A DNA stretch of 64,000 nucleotides from a virus, in the IMG/VR virus record IMGVR_UViG_3300020201_000009, positions 32,001 to 96,000 of that record; one strand, given 5' to 3'. Each line of letters starts with the position of its first letter. Position 1 is the stretch's first letter. A program made the position numbers and the translations under genes. Below, piece after piece: positions 36,162 through 45,251 of the stretch. Below the pieces are notes generated by a model, which worked only from the letters and a program-made list of their open reading frames with translations, had not been told where the DNA came from and did no database searches.

Positions 36162-37811
36162 ATGTCTAAAAGTATTAAGTGGTTAAATAAAGACTCTCGC
36201 CTTTTTCTGGAAAGAGGATATTTAGAGGCGGGTGTCACACCTGAACAAAGAATCAGGCAAATTGCCGAGTCGGCTGAAAAGATTTTGGGTGAAAAGGGGT
36301 TTGCTGATAAATTTGAAGACTATATGGCGCGTGGGTTTTATAGTTTGTCGTCGCCGATTTGGGCCAATTTTGGCAATGGGCGGGGTCTTGCCATTAGCTG
36401 CAATGGTAGTTGGATAAATGACGATATGACTTCGATTTTCGACACGTTGGGCGAGGTAGGTATCCTTACAAAGTACGGCGCGGGGACATCGGGGTATTTT
36501 GGTGCTTTAAGGGCAAGAGGAGCGAAGATTAGCAAGGGAGGTGTGTCTTCTGGTCCAGTCCATTTCATGGAATTATTCGATACTGTTACTAGAGTTATTT
36601 CACAATCGAATGTTAGGAGGGGATCTTTTGCCGCGTATCTCCCTGTCGAACATCCGGATATAGAAGAGTTTTTGGGGATCAGAGGGGAGGGTCATTCGAT
36701 CCAAGATATGTCTATCGGAGTGTGCGTATCGGATGAATGGATGAAAGCAATGGTAGAGGGGGATAAGAAGAATCGCAGTATCTGGGCAAAAATTATCTCT
36801 AAGCGTTTCGAGTCTGGATATCCATATATATTCTTTTCCGACAACGTAAACAAAAATGCGCCCCAAGTCTATAAAGATAAAAAAATTAATATTCACGCAT
36901 CAAATTTATGTTCTGAAATTTGCCTTAGTTCTTCGAATGATGAAACGTTTGTTTGCAATCTTTCTTCGATGAATCTGTTAACGTATGATGAGTGGAAAAA
37001 TACAGACGCCGTAGAAATTATTACTTACTTCCTTGATGCCGTTATGGAAGATTATATATCGGCAACACAAAATATTCCCTATTTAGAATCCGCCCATAAA
37101 TTTGCTAAAAATCAAAGGGCTTTAGGGATCGGTGTTCTTGGTTGGCATTCGTTTTTACAAAGTAAGATGATCCCGTTTGAATCGTTCGAGGCTAAACTAT
37201 TGAATACAGAAATTCATCGTTTTATCCGTGATAAAAGCTTGGCGGCAAGCAAGGAGATGGCGCTTAAATATGGGGAGCCCGATCTCTTAAAAGGTTACGG
37301 ACTTCGGAATGTCACGACGATGGCTATTGCCCCGACAACTTCGAGTTCTTTTATTCTAGGTCAAGTTAGTCCTTCTATCGAACCACTCAACAGTAATTAT
37401 TTTGTAAAAGATCTAGCAAAGGGTAAATTTACCTACAAAAACCCCCAGTTGATAGAATGTCTCAAAAAACACAGTAGAGACGATAAGGATACTTGGAAAG
37501 ATATTCTTTTGAAGGGTGGTTCTGTGCAGCATTTAGAGTTTTTGACCCAATTAGAAAAAGACGTGTTTAAGACTTTCGGCGAAATTAGCCAAAAAGAAAT
37601 TATTATACAAGCTAGTGCTCGCCAAAAGTTTATAGATCAAGGGCAATCCTTAAATTTAATGATAAATCCCAAAACCTCAGCTAAAGACGTTAATTCTTTA
37701 ATGATTTTTGCTTGGGAAAATGGAATAAAAACCCTTTATTACCAAAGAGGTACAAATCCTGCTCAAGAACTTGGTAGATCACTTATGGATTGTAAAAGTT
37801 GTGAGGCTTAA
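36162..37811 (+). CDS. nrdA: Ribonucleotide reductase alpha subunit (no ATP cone)
   Basis: ISCNGS, ASNLCSEI, VCNLSS, RALGIGVLG, AIAPTTSSS, TLYYQR, C-terminal CKSCEA. Confidence 0.95.
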   Translation: MSKSIKWLNKDSRLFLERGYLEAGVTPEQRIRQIAESAEKILGEKGFADKFEDYMARGFYSLSSPIWANFGNGRGLAISCNGSWINDDMTSIFDTLGEVGILTKYGAGTSGYFGALRARGAKISKGGVSSGPVHFMELFDTVTRVISQSNVRRGSFAAYLPVEHPDIEEFLGIRGEGHSIQDMSIGVCVSDEWMKAMVEGDKKNRSIWAKIISKRFESGYPYIFFSDNVNKNAPQVYKDKKINIHASNLCSEICLSSSNDETFVCNLSSMNLLTYDEWKNTDAVEIITYFLDAVMEDYISATQNIPYLESAHKFAKNQRALGIGVLGWHSFLQSKMIPFESFEAKLLNTEIHRFIRDKSLAASKEMALKYGEPDLLKGYGLRNVTTMAIAPTTSSSFILGQVSPSIEPLNSNYFVKDLAKGKFTYKNPQLIECLKKHSRDDKDTWKDILLKGGSVQHLEFLTQLEKDVFKTFGEISQKEIIIQASARQKFIDQGQSLNLMINPKTSAKDVNSLMIFAWENGIKTLYYQRGTNPAQELGRSLMDCKSCEA

Positions 37812-37906
37812 ACACTTATTTTAAGTTATACTAAATTGGTCTTTTTAGACAAACTTAATCTATTTAGTGTATAAACATTTACACCCCATTATCGAAGTTT
37901 TAACAA

Positions 37907-38326
37907 ATGCCTGATCCTATCATTACATTTACTAGTAAAATCCCGGATCATCTATTACATAATGTATCCCCCGAATCACGTTGGCTAATGGAAAACGTGT
38001 ATTTACAAGGTCAAAAAACGGACTATTTAGTTACAACGCAACAGGTCCAATCAGATAAGTTAGACAAGTTAGACAAAAGATTGGAATATACAAACGGTAA
38101 AGTGGGGGAAGCAATTCGCGATATCCAATTTTTTAAAGATAAAATTATATTCGAGAAAGACCGAGACGAACACTTAAAACAGATCGTTGCTACAAAAATG
38201 TTTTTAGAGAAGCTTCTTCTTAGTAAATTATTTTGGATTTGTTTTGGATTGTTTATTGTTGGAACTATTACAATATTCACGAACATTGTTATTAAAGATT
38301 TATTCCCTTTCTTGAAAAAAGGGTAG
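37907..38326 (+). CDS. Coiled-coil protein with a C-terminal transmembrane helix (possible holin-like)
   Basis: LDKLDKRLEYTNGKV coiled coil; hydrophobic LFWICFGLFIVGTITIF; GTGTA motif upstream. Confidence 0.5.
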   Translation: MPDPIITFTSKIPDHLLHNVSPESRWLMENVYLQGQKTDYLVTTQQVQSDKLDKLDKRLEYTNGKVGEAIRDIQFFKDKIIFEKDRDEHLKQIVATKMFLEKLLLSKLFWICFGLFIVGTITIFTNIVIKDLFPFLKKG

Positions 38327-38348
38327 TCCGAAATTTTCAGTTTCAGGG

Positions 38349-38376
38349 TTGACTTTTTCCTCAGTTTTTCGATAAT
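38349..38376 (+). promoter_or_regulatory. sigma70-like promoter
   Basis: TTGACT-16nt-GATAAT. Confidence 0.6.
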
Positions 38377-38397
38377 CTTCCAACAGGGAACTACCTA

Positions 38398-39372
38398 ATG
38401 GATTTATCAAAAAACAGCAAAATCGCAGTTACGGGGGGTCTCGGATTTATCGGAGCGAGTTTTATTCGCTTTCTTAATTCCGAAGGTTACACCAATATAG
38501 ATATTTATCAAAAAAATTGGGAGTCTAAGTGGAAAAATTCGATTGGACTTATATATAATAAACCAATATATCGTCTGGCTCTAAACTATAAAAATATAGA
38601 GTCAATGCGTTGCAAAAAATACGATGTAGTTATCCATTTGGCGGCAGATAGTAGTACAACCGCACCGCCCACTTTTGAGACATGGTTTAATAACTTTCAT
38701 ATTCCCACGAGAATGTTTGAAGTTTTAGATTCCAAAACAAAGATTATTTTTGCTTCTTCAGCTTCAGTCTATGGCTCGGAAGAGTCGGACTTTGCTGAAA
38801 GGGTTGCTGGTTTACAGCCAATTAATTTTTACGCCTACACAAAACTCTCGGTTGATGAATATATTATTCTAAATAACCCTCCGAACGTAACGTCTTTACG
38901 TTTTTTTAATGTTTACGGTGGTCCCTTAGAGCAGTATAAGGGAAAAATGTGTTCAGTCATACATAAATGGTTAACCGATCCTATTACGGAAAATTCTCCA
39001 ATTTCGCTGTTTAAATCTTACAGACCGAATTATACTGATGGTATGCAAGAAAGAGATTTTATACATGTAGAAGATGTTTGCCGAGTAATTCTTGCGGCTA
39101 TACGATCAGATAAGAATAGTATTTATAATGTTGGGACCGGTAAATCATCCACCTATAAAAATATCGCCCAAAATATTTTGTCGCTAAGAAAAATCGATGT
39201 ACCAATTCATTATAAAGATATGCCTAGCGAATTAAGTCAGCAATATCAATATAAAACCGTAGCGAACATAACCAAACTTCGTCATGTGATGAATTATACC
39301 GCCCCAATGAGGACGGTAGAACAAGGTATAGAAAAAACGTATAAAGAAATCTACCTACCAAATAGAAAATAA
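38398..39372 (+). CDS. hldD: ADP-L-glycero-D-manno-heptose 6-epimerase
   Basis: VTGGLGFIGA, ASSASVYG, YAYTK, LRFFNVYG..EQYKGKMCSV, LFKSYRPNYTDGMQERDFIHVEDV. Confidence 0.85.
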   Translation: MDLSKNSKIAVTGGLGFIGASFIRFLNSEGYTNIDIYQKNWESKWKNSIGLIYNKPIYRLALNYKNIESMRCKKYDVVIHLAADSSTTAPPTFETWFNNFHIPTRMFEVLDSKTKIIFASSASVYGSEESDFAERVAGLQPINFYAYTKLSVDEYIILNNPPNVTSLRFFNVYGGPLEQYKGKMCSVIHKWLTDPITENSPISLFKSYRPNYTDGMQERDFIHVEDVCRVILAAIRSDKNSIYNVGTGKSSTYKNIAQNILSLRKIDVPIHYKDMPSELSQQYQYKTVANITKLRHVMNYTAPMRTVEQGIEKTYKEIYLPNRK

Positions 39373-39435
39373 AATTTTTCCGATTCTATACTTAAAAAGT
39401 AAGTTAGAAAAAAAAATATAAATATATAATAAAAA

Positions 39436-40440
39436 ATGATTAAGCAAGCATACATTAACCACGTCGTACTATTACTAGACAGATCAGGTTCTATGAAAGG
39501 TCTCACGAATCAAGTTATTAAAGTTACTGATTCTATTGTTCAAAATCTTGCGAATCGGTCTAAGCAAATGGAACAGGAAACACGAGTTTCTATTTATCAG
39601 TTCAACGGGAGTGTTGAAAATATAGTTTATGATCAAGACGCCCTTCGTCTAGCATCTGTAAATGGTGTTTATGATTGCCGTGGTAGCACAGCCCTTATTG
39701 ACGCAACCCTCAAGGTCATCTCTGATCTAGAAAAAACCGCAACTCTATATGGCGATCATTCATTTTTAATGTATGTTATTACGGACGGCGGGGAAACGGA
39801 TCGTCCTAATGGTGCGCAAGAACTTTTCGCAAGAATTGGTAAACTGCCTGACAATTGGACCCTTGCGGCTTTCGCGCCGAACCCAATGTGTGTTGGTGAA
39901 GCGAAGAAATATGGTTTTCCAGCGAATAACGTAGCTTTGTGGTCCACTACGGAACAGGGGATGGAAGAAGTTGGTAAGGTTATTAATGAGGCCACTAATC
40001 AATACATGACAATGCGTTCTACTGGGAAGAAGGGTACTAAAAACCTTTTCTATCTTAATACGAATATTGATACCTCAACTATACAAAAATCTCTTAGTGA
40101 ATTAAATCCGAAAACCTTCGACATTTTACATGTTCGTGATTATGACGATGGAAAGGCTATTAAAGAATTTGTAGAATCATGGAAGATAGATTATAGAGTT
40201 GGCTCTGCTTATTTTCAACTCTCAAAACCAGAAAAGGTGCAGGCTAGCAAAAACATTATCGTAAAGAAAAAGTTTGATGGTAAAGTTTTTCATGGGCCGG
40301 AAGTAAGATCTTTACTGGGTTTGCCAGATTGTGAAGTAAAGGTGTCCCCGACGTCATTTAAAGATTTTGAGATTTTCGTGCAATCCACCAGTATAAATAG
40401 AAAATTGGTAAAAGATACTATGTTGATCGTAATAAAGTAA
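39436..40440 (+). CDS. vWA domain protein with an extra C-terminal domain
   Basis: MIDAS LDRSGSM, TALIDA, VITDG.E. Confidence 0.85.
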   Translation: MIKQAYINHVVLLLDRSGSMKGLTNQVIKVTDSIVQNLANRSKQMEQETRVSIYQFNGSVENIVYDQDALRLASVNGVYDCRGSTALIDATLKVISDLEKTATLYGDHSFLMYVITDGGETDRPNGAQELFARIGKLPDNWTLAAFAPNPMCVGEAKKYGFPANNVALWSTTEQGMEEVGKVINEATNQYMTMRSTGKKGTKNLFYLNTNIDTSTIQKSLSELNPKTFDILHVRDYDDGKAIKEFVESWKIDYRVGSAYFQLSKPEKVQASKNIIVKKKFDGKVFHGPEVRSLLGLPDCEVKVSPTSFKDFEIFVQSTSINRKLVKDTMLIVIK

Positions 40441-40491
40441 GCGAAAATCGAAAGCGTTAAAATTAAAGTTAACTTTTTAGGGGTAGCGACG

Positions 40492-40519
40492 TTGACTTTT
40501 ATGGAGTTAACCATAATAT
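40492..40519 (+). promoter_or_regulatory. sigma70-like promoter
   Basis: TTGACT-16nt-TAATAT. Confidence 0.55.
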
Positions 40520-40531
40520 CATAATAAAATT

Positions 40532-41227
40532 ATGAAAGAAAATAGAACGTTAATTGTATTAATCGTCGATAATTCCGGCAGTATAGAATCCATTCGCGGC
40601 GACATGGAAGGGGCGTTAGACGCTCTCATTAAAGACCAAAAGACTGTAGATGGCGAATGTTTCATCTCTTACTACCCTTTTGACAGTAAGATCATTGTGG
40701 AAGAGCGGAAAGAAATGGTTGTTTTGAAAGATTTTGGAAAGATTCGTATTACCCCTCGCGGTGGCACGGCCCTTTACAAGAGCGTTTGTGAAGTTATTGA
40801 TAGCGTCGGAGTACAATTATCTAAAATATCAGAAAATAAAAGACCGGAAAGAGTTTTAGTTGCGATTGTTACGGATGGCGACGAAAATTCTTCTGGTGCG
40901 GTTACTGGGGATGATGTGAAGAAACGTGTGGCGCATCAAGAGTCAGTGTATAAGTGGAAGTTTGTTTATCTAGGGGCAAACCAAGATGCGTATAATGTTT
41001 CAAATACCATTGGCTTGAGCCTCTCGAATTCTATGAATTACTCCATTAGTAAACTTGGTATCAATAATATGATGACAGGTGTTTCGGAGAGCTTTAAATC
41101 AATGCGTTCTGCGACTCTTTCTGCTTACGAAAAAGACGGGGTAGTTTTCTCAGAAGCACAGAGGGCGGCGGCAGCAGAAAACCCAACAGAATCGACGAAA
41201 GTAGTAGCGGATAAAATTGGTGTCTAA
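40532..41227 (+). CDS. vWA domain protein
   Basis: VDNSGS, PRGGTALY, IVTDGDENSS, WKFVYLGANQDA. Confidence 0.9.
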   Translation: MKENRTLIVLIVDNSGSIESIRGDMEGALDALIKDQKTVDGECFISYYPFDSKIIVEERKEMVVLKDFGKIRITPRGGTALYKSVCEVIDSVGVQLSKISENKRPERVLVAIVTDGDENSSGAVTGDDVKKRVAHQESVYKWKFVYLGANQDAYNVSNTIGLSLSNSMNYSISKLGINNMMTGVSESFKSMRSATLSAYEKDGVVFSEAQRAAAAENPTESTKVVADKIGV

Positions 41228-41361
41228 ATGCGCCTATACGGGTTCGGATCTTATACTTTGCGAAAATTACATAAAAATATTAATAAAATGAAACACGGTT
41301 TTAGTAACGAAAAATTTTTTAGAGTATATCTCTTTAATTTATAAAAATAAGAAAGAAAACA

Positions 41362-42378
41362 ATGTCGGATAAAAAAGCAATTATTTTTGGTATAAATGGT
41401 ATGGACGCTAAGACCGTTGCCCATCTTTTATTAGATAAAAAATATCAAGTGGTAGGAACTTATCGTAGAAATACACTTAGCATTAAACATGATATACATA
41501 GTTTGTATGATTTTAATCAAGACATTTCATTCGAATATTGCGATATCAACGACTTCAATTCAATCAAAGTATTACTCAATAAACATAAAGATGTTACGGA
41601 AATTTATCTTTTAGCAGCGCAAAGTCACGTTGGTTTTTCTTTTGAATCTCCGTCAGTATCTTCTGCAAATGGCTATTCGGTATATAATGTTTTAGAAAAT
41701 GTAAAAAATATATGCCCAAAGTCTAAATTATATTTTGCGGCGACAAGTGAGTTATTTGGTGGAAATAATCCGCAGGAATCTTATAATGAAAATTCTCCAT
41801 TTGACCCCAGATCCCCTTATTCTATCTACAAGGAAGTCGGAACCAGATGGATTAAGTTTTACAGACATATGGGTATATTTGCTTGCTATGGTCTCTTGTT
41901 TAATCACTCGAACATTTACAGATCTGAAGATTTCTTTATCCGTCGCGTCACAAAATCCGCAGCAAGGATTGCTACAGGGAAGCAAAAAGAATTAGTATTA
42001 GGTAACTTAGATTTTTATAGGGACGAACACTGGAGTGATTTCGGATGCGAAATGATGTGGAAGATGTTACAAAATGAGGAGCCGAAAGATTATGTTATTG
42101 CCACCGGAAAGACTTGGCACGGTTTAGAATATCTTCAAAGGTCTTTCGACTATTTTAATTTAAAATGGGAGGACTACGTTAAAATAGATAAATCTCGTTT
42201 TAGACCAAATGAGGTTGTAAAATTGATTGGAGATAGTCGCTTGGCTCAACTAGAACTTGGATGGAATCCGAATAGAATGTCATTCGCTGAACATATTAAA
42301 GAAATGTGTTTTTATGACTTCGAAATCGAAACCGGGAATACACCAAAAAGAAAAAACTATTTAGAATTATATAAATAA
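41362..42378 (+). CDS. gmd: GDP-mannose 4,6-dehydratase
   Basis: IFGINGMDA, EIYLLAAQSHV..SF, ATSELFG, PFDPRSPY, LFNH, LGNLD..RD, DYVIATG, RPNEV..LIGD. Confidence 0.9.
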   Translation: MSDKKAIIFGINGMDAKTVAHLLLDKKYQVVGTYRRNTLSIKHDIHSLYDFNQDISFEYCDINDFNSIKVLLNKHKDVTEIYLLAAQSHVGFSFESPSVSSANGYSVYNVLENVKNICPKSKLYFAATSELFGGNNPQESYNENSPFDPRSPYSIYKEVGTRWIKFYRHMGIFACYGLLFNHSNIYRSEDFFIRRVTKSAARIATGKQKELVLGNLDFYRDEHWSDFGCEMMWKMLQNEEPKDYVIATGKTWHGLEYLQRSFDYFNLKWEDYVKIDKSRFRPNEVVKLIGDSRLAQLELGWNPNRMSFAEHIKEMCFYDFEIETGNTPKRKNYLELYK

Positions 42379-42379
42379 T

Positions 42380-42472
42380 ATAAAAGGAAGGATTCATAGT
42401 GCGCCAAATTTAACAATGGCATGTCTTAGTTGCAATTCATTAAAAATTAATTTTAGATCAAATGGAAAATAA
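42380..42472 (+). pseudogene. Relic of an HNH endonuclease C-terminus
   Basis: Startless frame KGRIHSAPNLTMACLSCNSLK matches the HNH motif G.H...NL..AC..CN..K. Confidence 0.5.
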
Positions 42473-42596
42473 ATTCGAAAACTTTGTTATTCCGGTAACA
42501 TACATGGTTGGTTATGCCCAAGTTCATTTAGATCAACTGACCCAATTTAAAAAATGGTAAATAACGAACATAGAATTTTAATTAAAAATAAATAAA

Positions 42597-43619
42597 ATGG
42601 CAATTAAAGCACAAATTATTGCCGATTCAATTGGCCCAACGAATAAAAGGCTAACGACTTGGATACTTGAATATCCTCGGTTTGTTCATAGTGAACTAAT
42701 GACACATCGCGTATTTTCGAAAAATGCGGCTAGTTCTAGGGCTATTCCTGTTGAAAAGATGATCCAAAGCGTTATTGATAATCCCGCAATACCGGTTTGG
42801 TGGGGCAAGAATCAAAGTGGTATGCAGGCGAATGAAGAATTGGATAACAATATTCGTAGGCCGCGCCTATTGGAAGATGAACATAAAGAATTTAAATCAC
42901 ACTGTACTGGTTACGAGCATGGAGATGACGGATTTAAATTTTATAGATATGACCTCACTGATTTAGAATTTTCTAAAATTCTTTGGCTATACGCAAGAGA
43001 TGGGGCTATTAATAACGTTCGAGGCTTATTATCTTTAGGGCTTCATAAACAAATTTCAAATCGCATTCTAGAACCATGGTTCCATATGCGTATCATCCTT
43101 TCTGGTACGGATTTTGATAATTGGTTTGCTCTTCGCGCACACAAGGATGCGCAACCAGAAATTCGCGCTCTGGCCTATGAAATGTTGGAAATTTATAATG
43201 CCTCAGAACCAAAATCGCTAAATCCTTTTGACTGGCATATTCCGTTTGGGGATCAAATGGATGACATTAAATTGCGTAATGCGGTTATGAAGATTTTTAG
43301 TGAGAAACCCGTCATTGATCGCGAGACACAAGATATCGATCTTAATGAATATAAAATTAAAATTGCTATCGCACGCTGTGCGCGTATTAGTTATTTTAAT
43401 TATGAAGGTAAGGATGATTACTATGCTGACATTAATCTTTGTGAAAAATTATTCGGCTCTGTCCCAAGGCACTTGAGTCCAACCGAACATGTCGCGCAAT
43501 GTTTACGAGAAGACATTAGCTATGGCAACTTTCGAGGCTGGAAACAGTTTCGGTATAATTATTTTGATCAGAGTTTAGTTGATTCAAGAGTGATTAAGAA
43601 AACTTGGAAAAATTCTTAA
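42597..43619 (+). CDS. thyX: FAD-dependent thymidylate synthase
   Basis: RFVHSELMTHRVFSKNAASSRAIP, HKQ..NR.LEP, LRAHKDAQPEIR, ARCARISY, HLSPTEH. Confidence 0.9.
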   Translation: MAIKAQIIADSIGPTNKRLTTWILEYPRFVHSELMTHRVFSKNAASSRAIPVEKMIQSVIDNPAIPVWWGKNQSGMQANEELDNNIRRPRLLEDEHKEFKSHCTGYEHGDDGFKFYRYDLTDLEFSKILWLYARDGAINNVRGLLSLGLHKQISNRILEPWFHMRIILSGTDFDNWFALRAHKDAQPEIRALAYEMLEIYNASEPKSLNPFDWHIPFGDQMDDIKLRNAVMKIFSEKPVIDRETQDIDLNEYKIKIAIARCARISYFNYEGKDDYYADINLCEKLFGSVPRHLSPTEHVAQCLREDISYGNFRGWKQFRYNYFDQSLVDSRVIKKTWKNS

Positions 43620-43622
43620 ATC

Positions 43623-43865
43623 GTGAGTCAATACCTTTGTGACAATGAACTATGTAAGAGCCATTGTTTAATTGAACCGTTTCGAGGCTTCAAAGATCCT
43701 AACCAAAAAGGGTGGTCCGATTATCAATATTCAGACGGTTTTAAAGCCAATGTCCGGAAAGTTGAATGTAAAAACTTTGATCCTAATAAACTAATAAACT
43801 ATTGCGCATCCTGTAACAATATGATATCATTTCCAATTCAACTGCCAGAAATCCAAGAACCATGA
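43623..43865 (+). CDS. Small Cys-rich hypothetical protein
   Basis: CxxxxC...CxxC, a possible Zn ribbon. Confidence 0.5.
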   Translation: MSQYLCDNELCKSHCLIEPFRGFKDPNQKGWSDYQYSDGFKANVRKVECKNFDPNKLINYCASCNNMISFPIQLPEIQEP

Positions 43866-44071
43866 TCACTAGTTTAAAAGAATGGCTACCCTTTACAGAA
43901 TCAATTTCTTATATTAAAATTGAAGGTGGTATTATTATCCCAGTAAAACTTAAAAGAGAAAACGATATAGCTAGCCAATGGATAAGTGAAATTGATGAAA
44001 AATCTTACGATTGTAAATCTTATAAGGTATGGGCTCCCCATTACCATGATTTTGTAGATAAAATAAAATAA
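43862..44071 (+). CDS. Hypothetical protein
   Basis: ATGA-coupled 69-aa ORF. Confidence 0.55.
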   Translation: MITSLKEWLPFTESISYIKIEGGIIIPVKLKRENDIASQWISEIDEKSYDCKSYKVWAPHYHDFVDKIK

Positions 44072-44072
44072 A

Positions 44073-44465
44073 ATGAAATATAAATTTAGAATATACGATG
44101 TTAATACAGAATCCTATATGGAACATGGCTTAAGCGGCAATGTCCCAATCTGGAAATCCGGTTTGGGCGGAATTACATTAGACATCGCTTTAGCCGCTGG
44201 CGTAACGTCATTTATAGTAGAAATGATGGTACCAAACAAATTTGATAGTACGGATCAAAAGATATTTGAAGGCGATATCATCGAAATCGAACGTTATGGT
44301 CGATTCTCCGGTTCAATGTATTTAGTTAAATGGATTTGTCAACCGACGGGACATTCTCTTGGTTTGGTTGATCAATCGGGCTTTTCTTTGTCAATATGGC
44401 CAGCCAAGATCGATATGACTGTTGCGGGCAATATCAATCAAAACCCAGAACTTTTTAATGAATAG
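44073..44465 (+). CDS. YopX family protein
   Basis: KFRIYD...IFEGDII...VAGNINQNPEL. Confidence 0.8.
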   Translation: MKYKFRIYDVNTESYMEHGLSGNVPIWKSGLGGITLDIALAAGVTSFIVEMMVPNKFDSTDQKIFEGDIIEIERYGRFSGSMYLVKWICQPTGHSLGLVDQSGFSLSIWPAKIDMTVAGNINQNPELFNE

Positions 44466-45003
44466 AAAGCCAGTCATAGGTGAGCGGGTACAGGTAATCG
44501 GCTTGGAAGGTTACGAACCCCAAAATATGAAAGGGGCATACTGCAAGGTTGATGGAATATTTCTCGATACTGTATATCTAAAACCTTTTCGAAAAAAAAA
44601 CAAAATTGAAGTCGATTTAAATCAAATCGTTTATTTAGAACCCCCAAAACCAGATACTCTGTCTCAAGAAGAGAGAGTATCTATACTAAAACGCATTGTC
44701 AAAGCGGAGTATTTTACCAGTCAAAGTATTGGAATGGAGATTGCTTTTTTAAATCGGTTAGTAAAAGATAACCCAAACTTGGGTTTTTGGAGAAACGGCT
44801 TCAATCCCGATTACCAAGTGAAATCTATGATTTGGTGGATATCGGGTGGTAAAGATCAGCTACATACTATGTACCAACTCTTTACAACAGATATTAACAA
44901 GCCTAAAGAAAATTTGATTCAGAATCTTCAAAAAGAAAAAATCGGCGAGGATATTGTCTTGACAAAAAAACCAAAATCACTTATAGACTTGTTCGCAAAG
45001 TAG
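44458..45003 (+). CDS. Hypothetical protein
   Basis: Likely start ATG 44458 (MNRKPVIG...). Confidence 0.65.
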   Translation: MNRKPVIGERVQVIGLEGYEPQNMKGAYCKVDGIFLDTVYLKPFRKKNKIEVDLNQIVYLEPPKPDTLSQEERVSILKRIVKAEYFTSQSIGMEIAFLNRLVKDNPNLGFWRNGFNPDYQVKSMIWWISGGKDQLHTMYQLFTTDINKPKENLIQNLQKEKIGEDIVLTKKPKSLIDLFAK

Positions 45004-45012
45004 CGATAACAT

Positions 45013-45249
45013 ATGATTACCGGACACACAAAAAATAAATCCCAGAGCATGAAATCGGTTTATAAAAAACCAAATGATCAATTTTGGAAAAATTGTTTAA
45101 TGAAAGTCTTAGCGGCTATGTATCACGAAGAATGCACTTGGGCATCAGATCAGTGGCAGAAATATGGCATTTCCAACGCTGACAAGGGTAAAATTGAAGA
45201 GGCATTTAAGCTTAATCAAAAATCTGTTGAAAACAAAAAGGATCAATAA
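45013..45249 (+). CDS. Hypothetical protein
   Basis: 78-aa ORF before recA. Confidence 0.5.
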   Translation: MITGHTKNKSQSMKSVYKKPNDQFWKNCLMKVLAAMYHEECTWASDQWQKYGISNADKGKIEEAFKLNQKSVENKKDQ

Positions 45250-45251
45250 AT

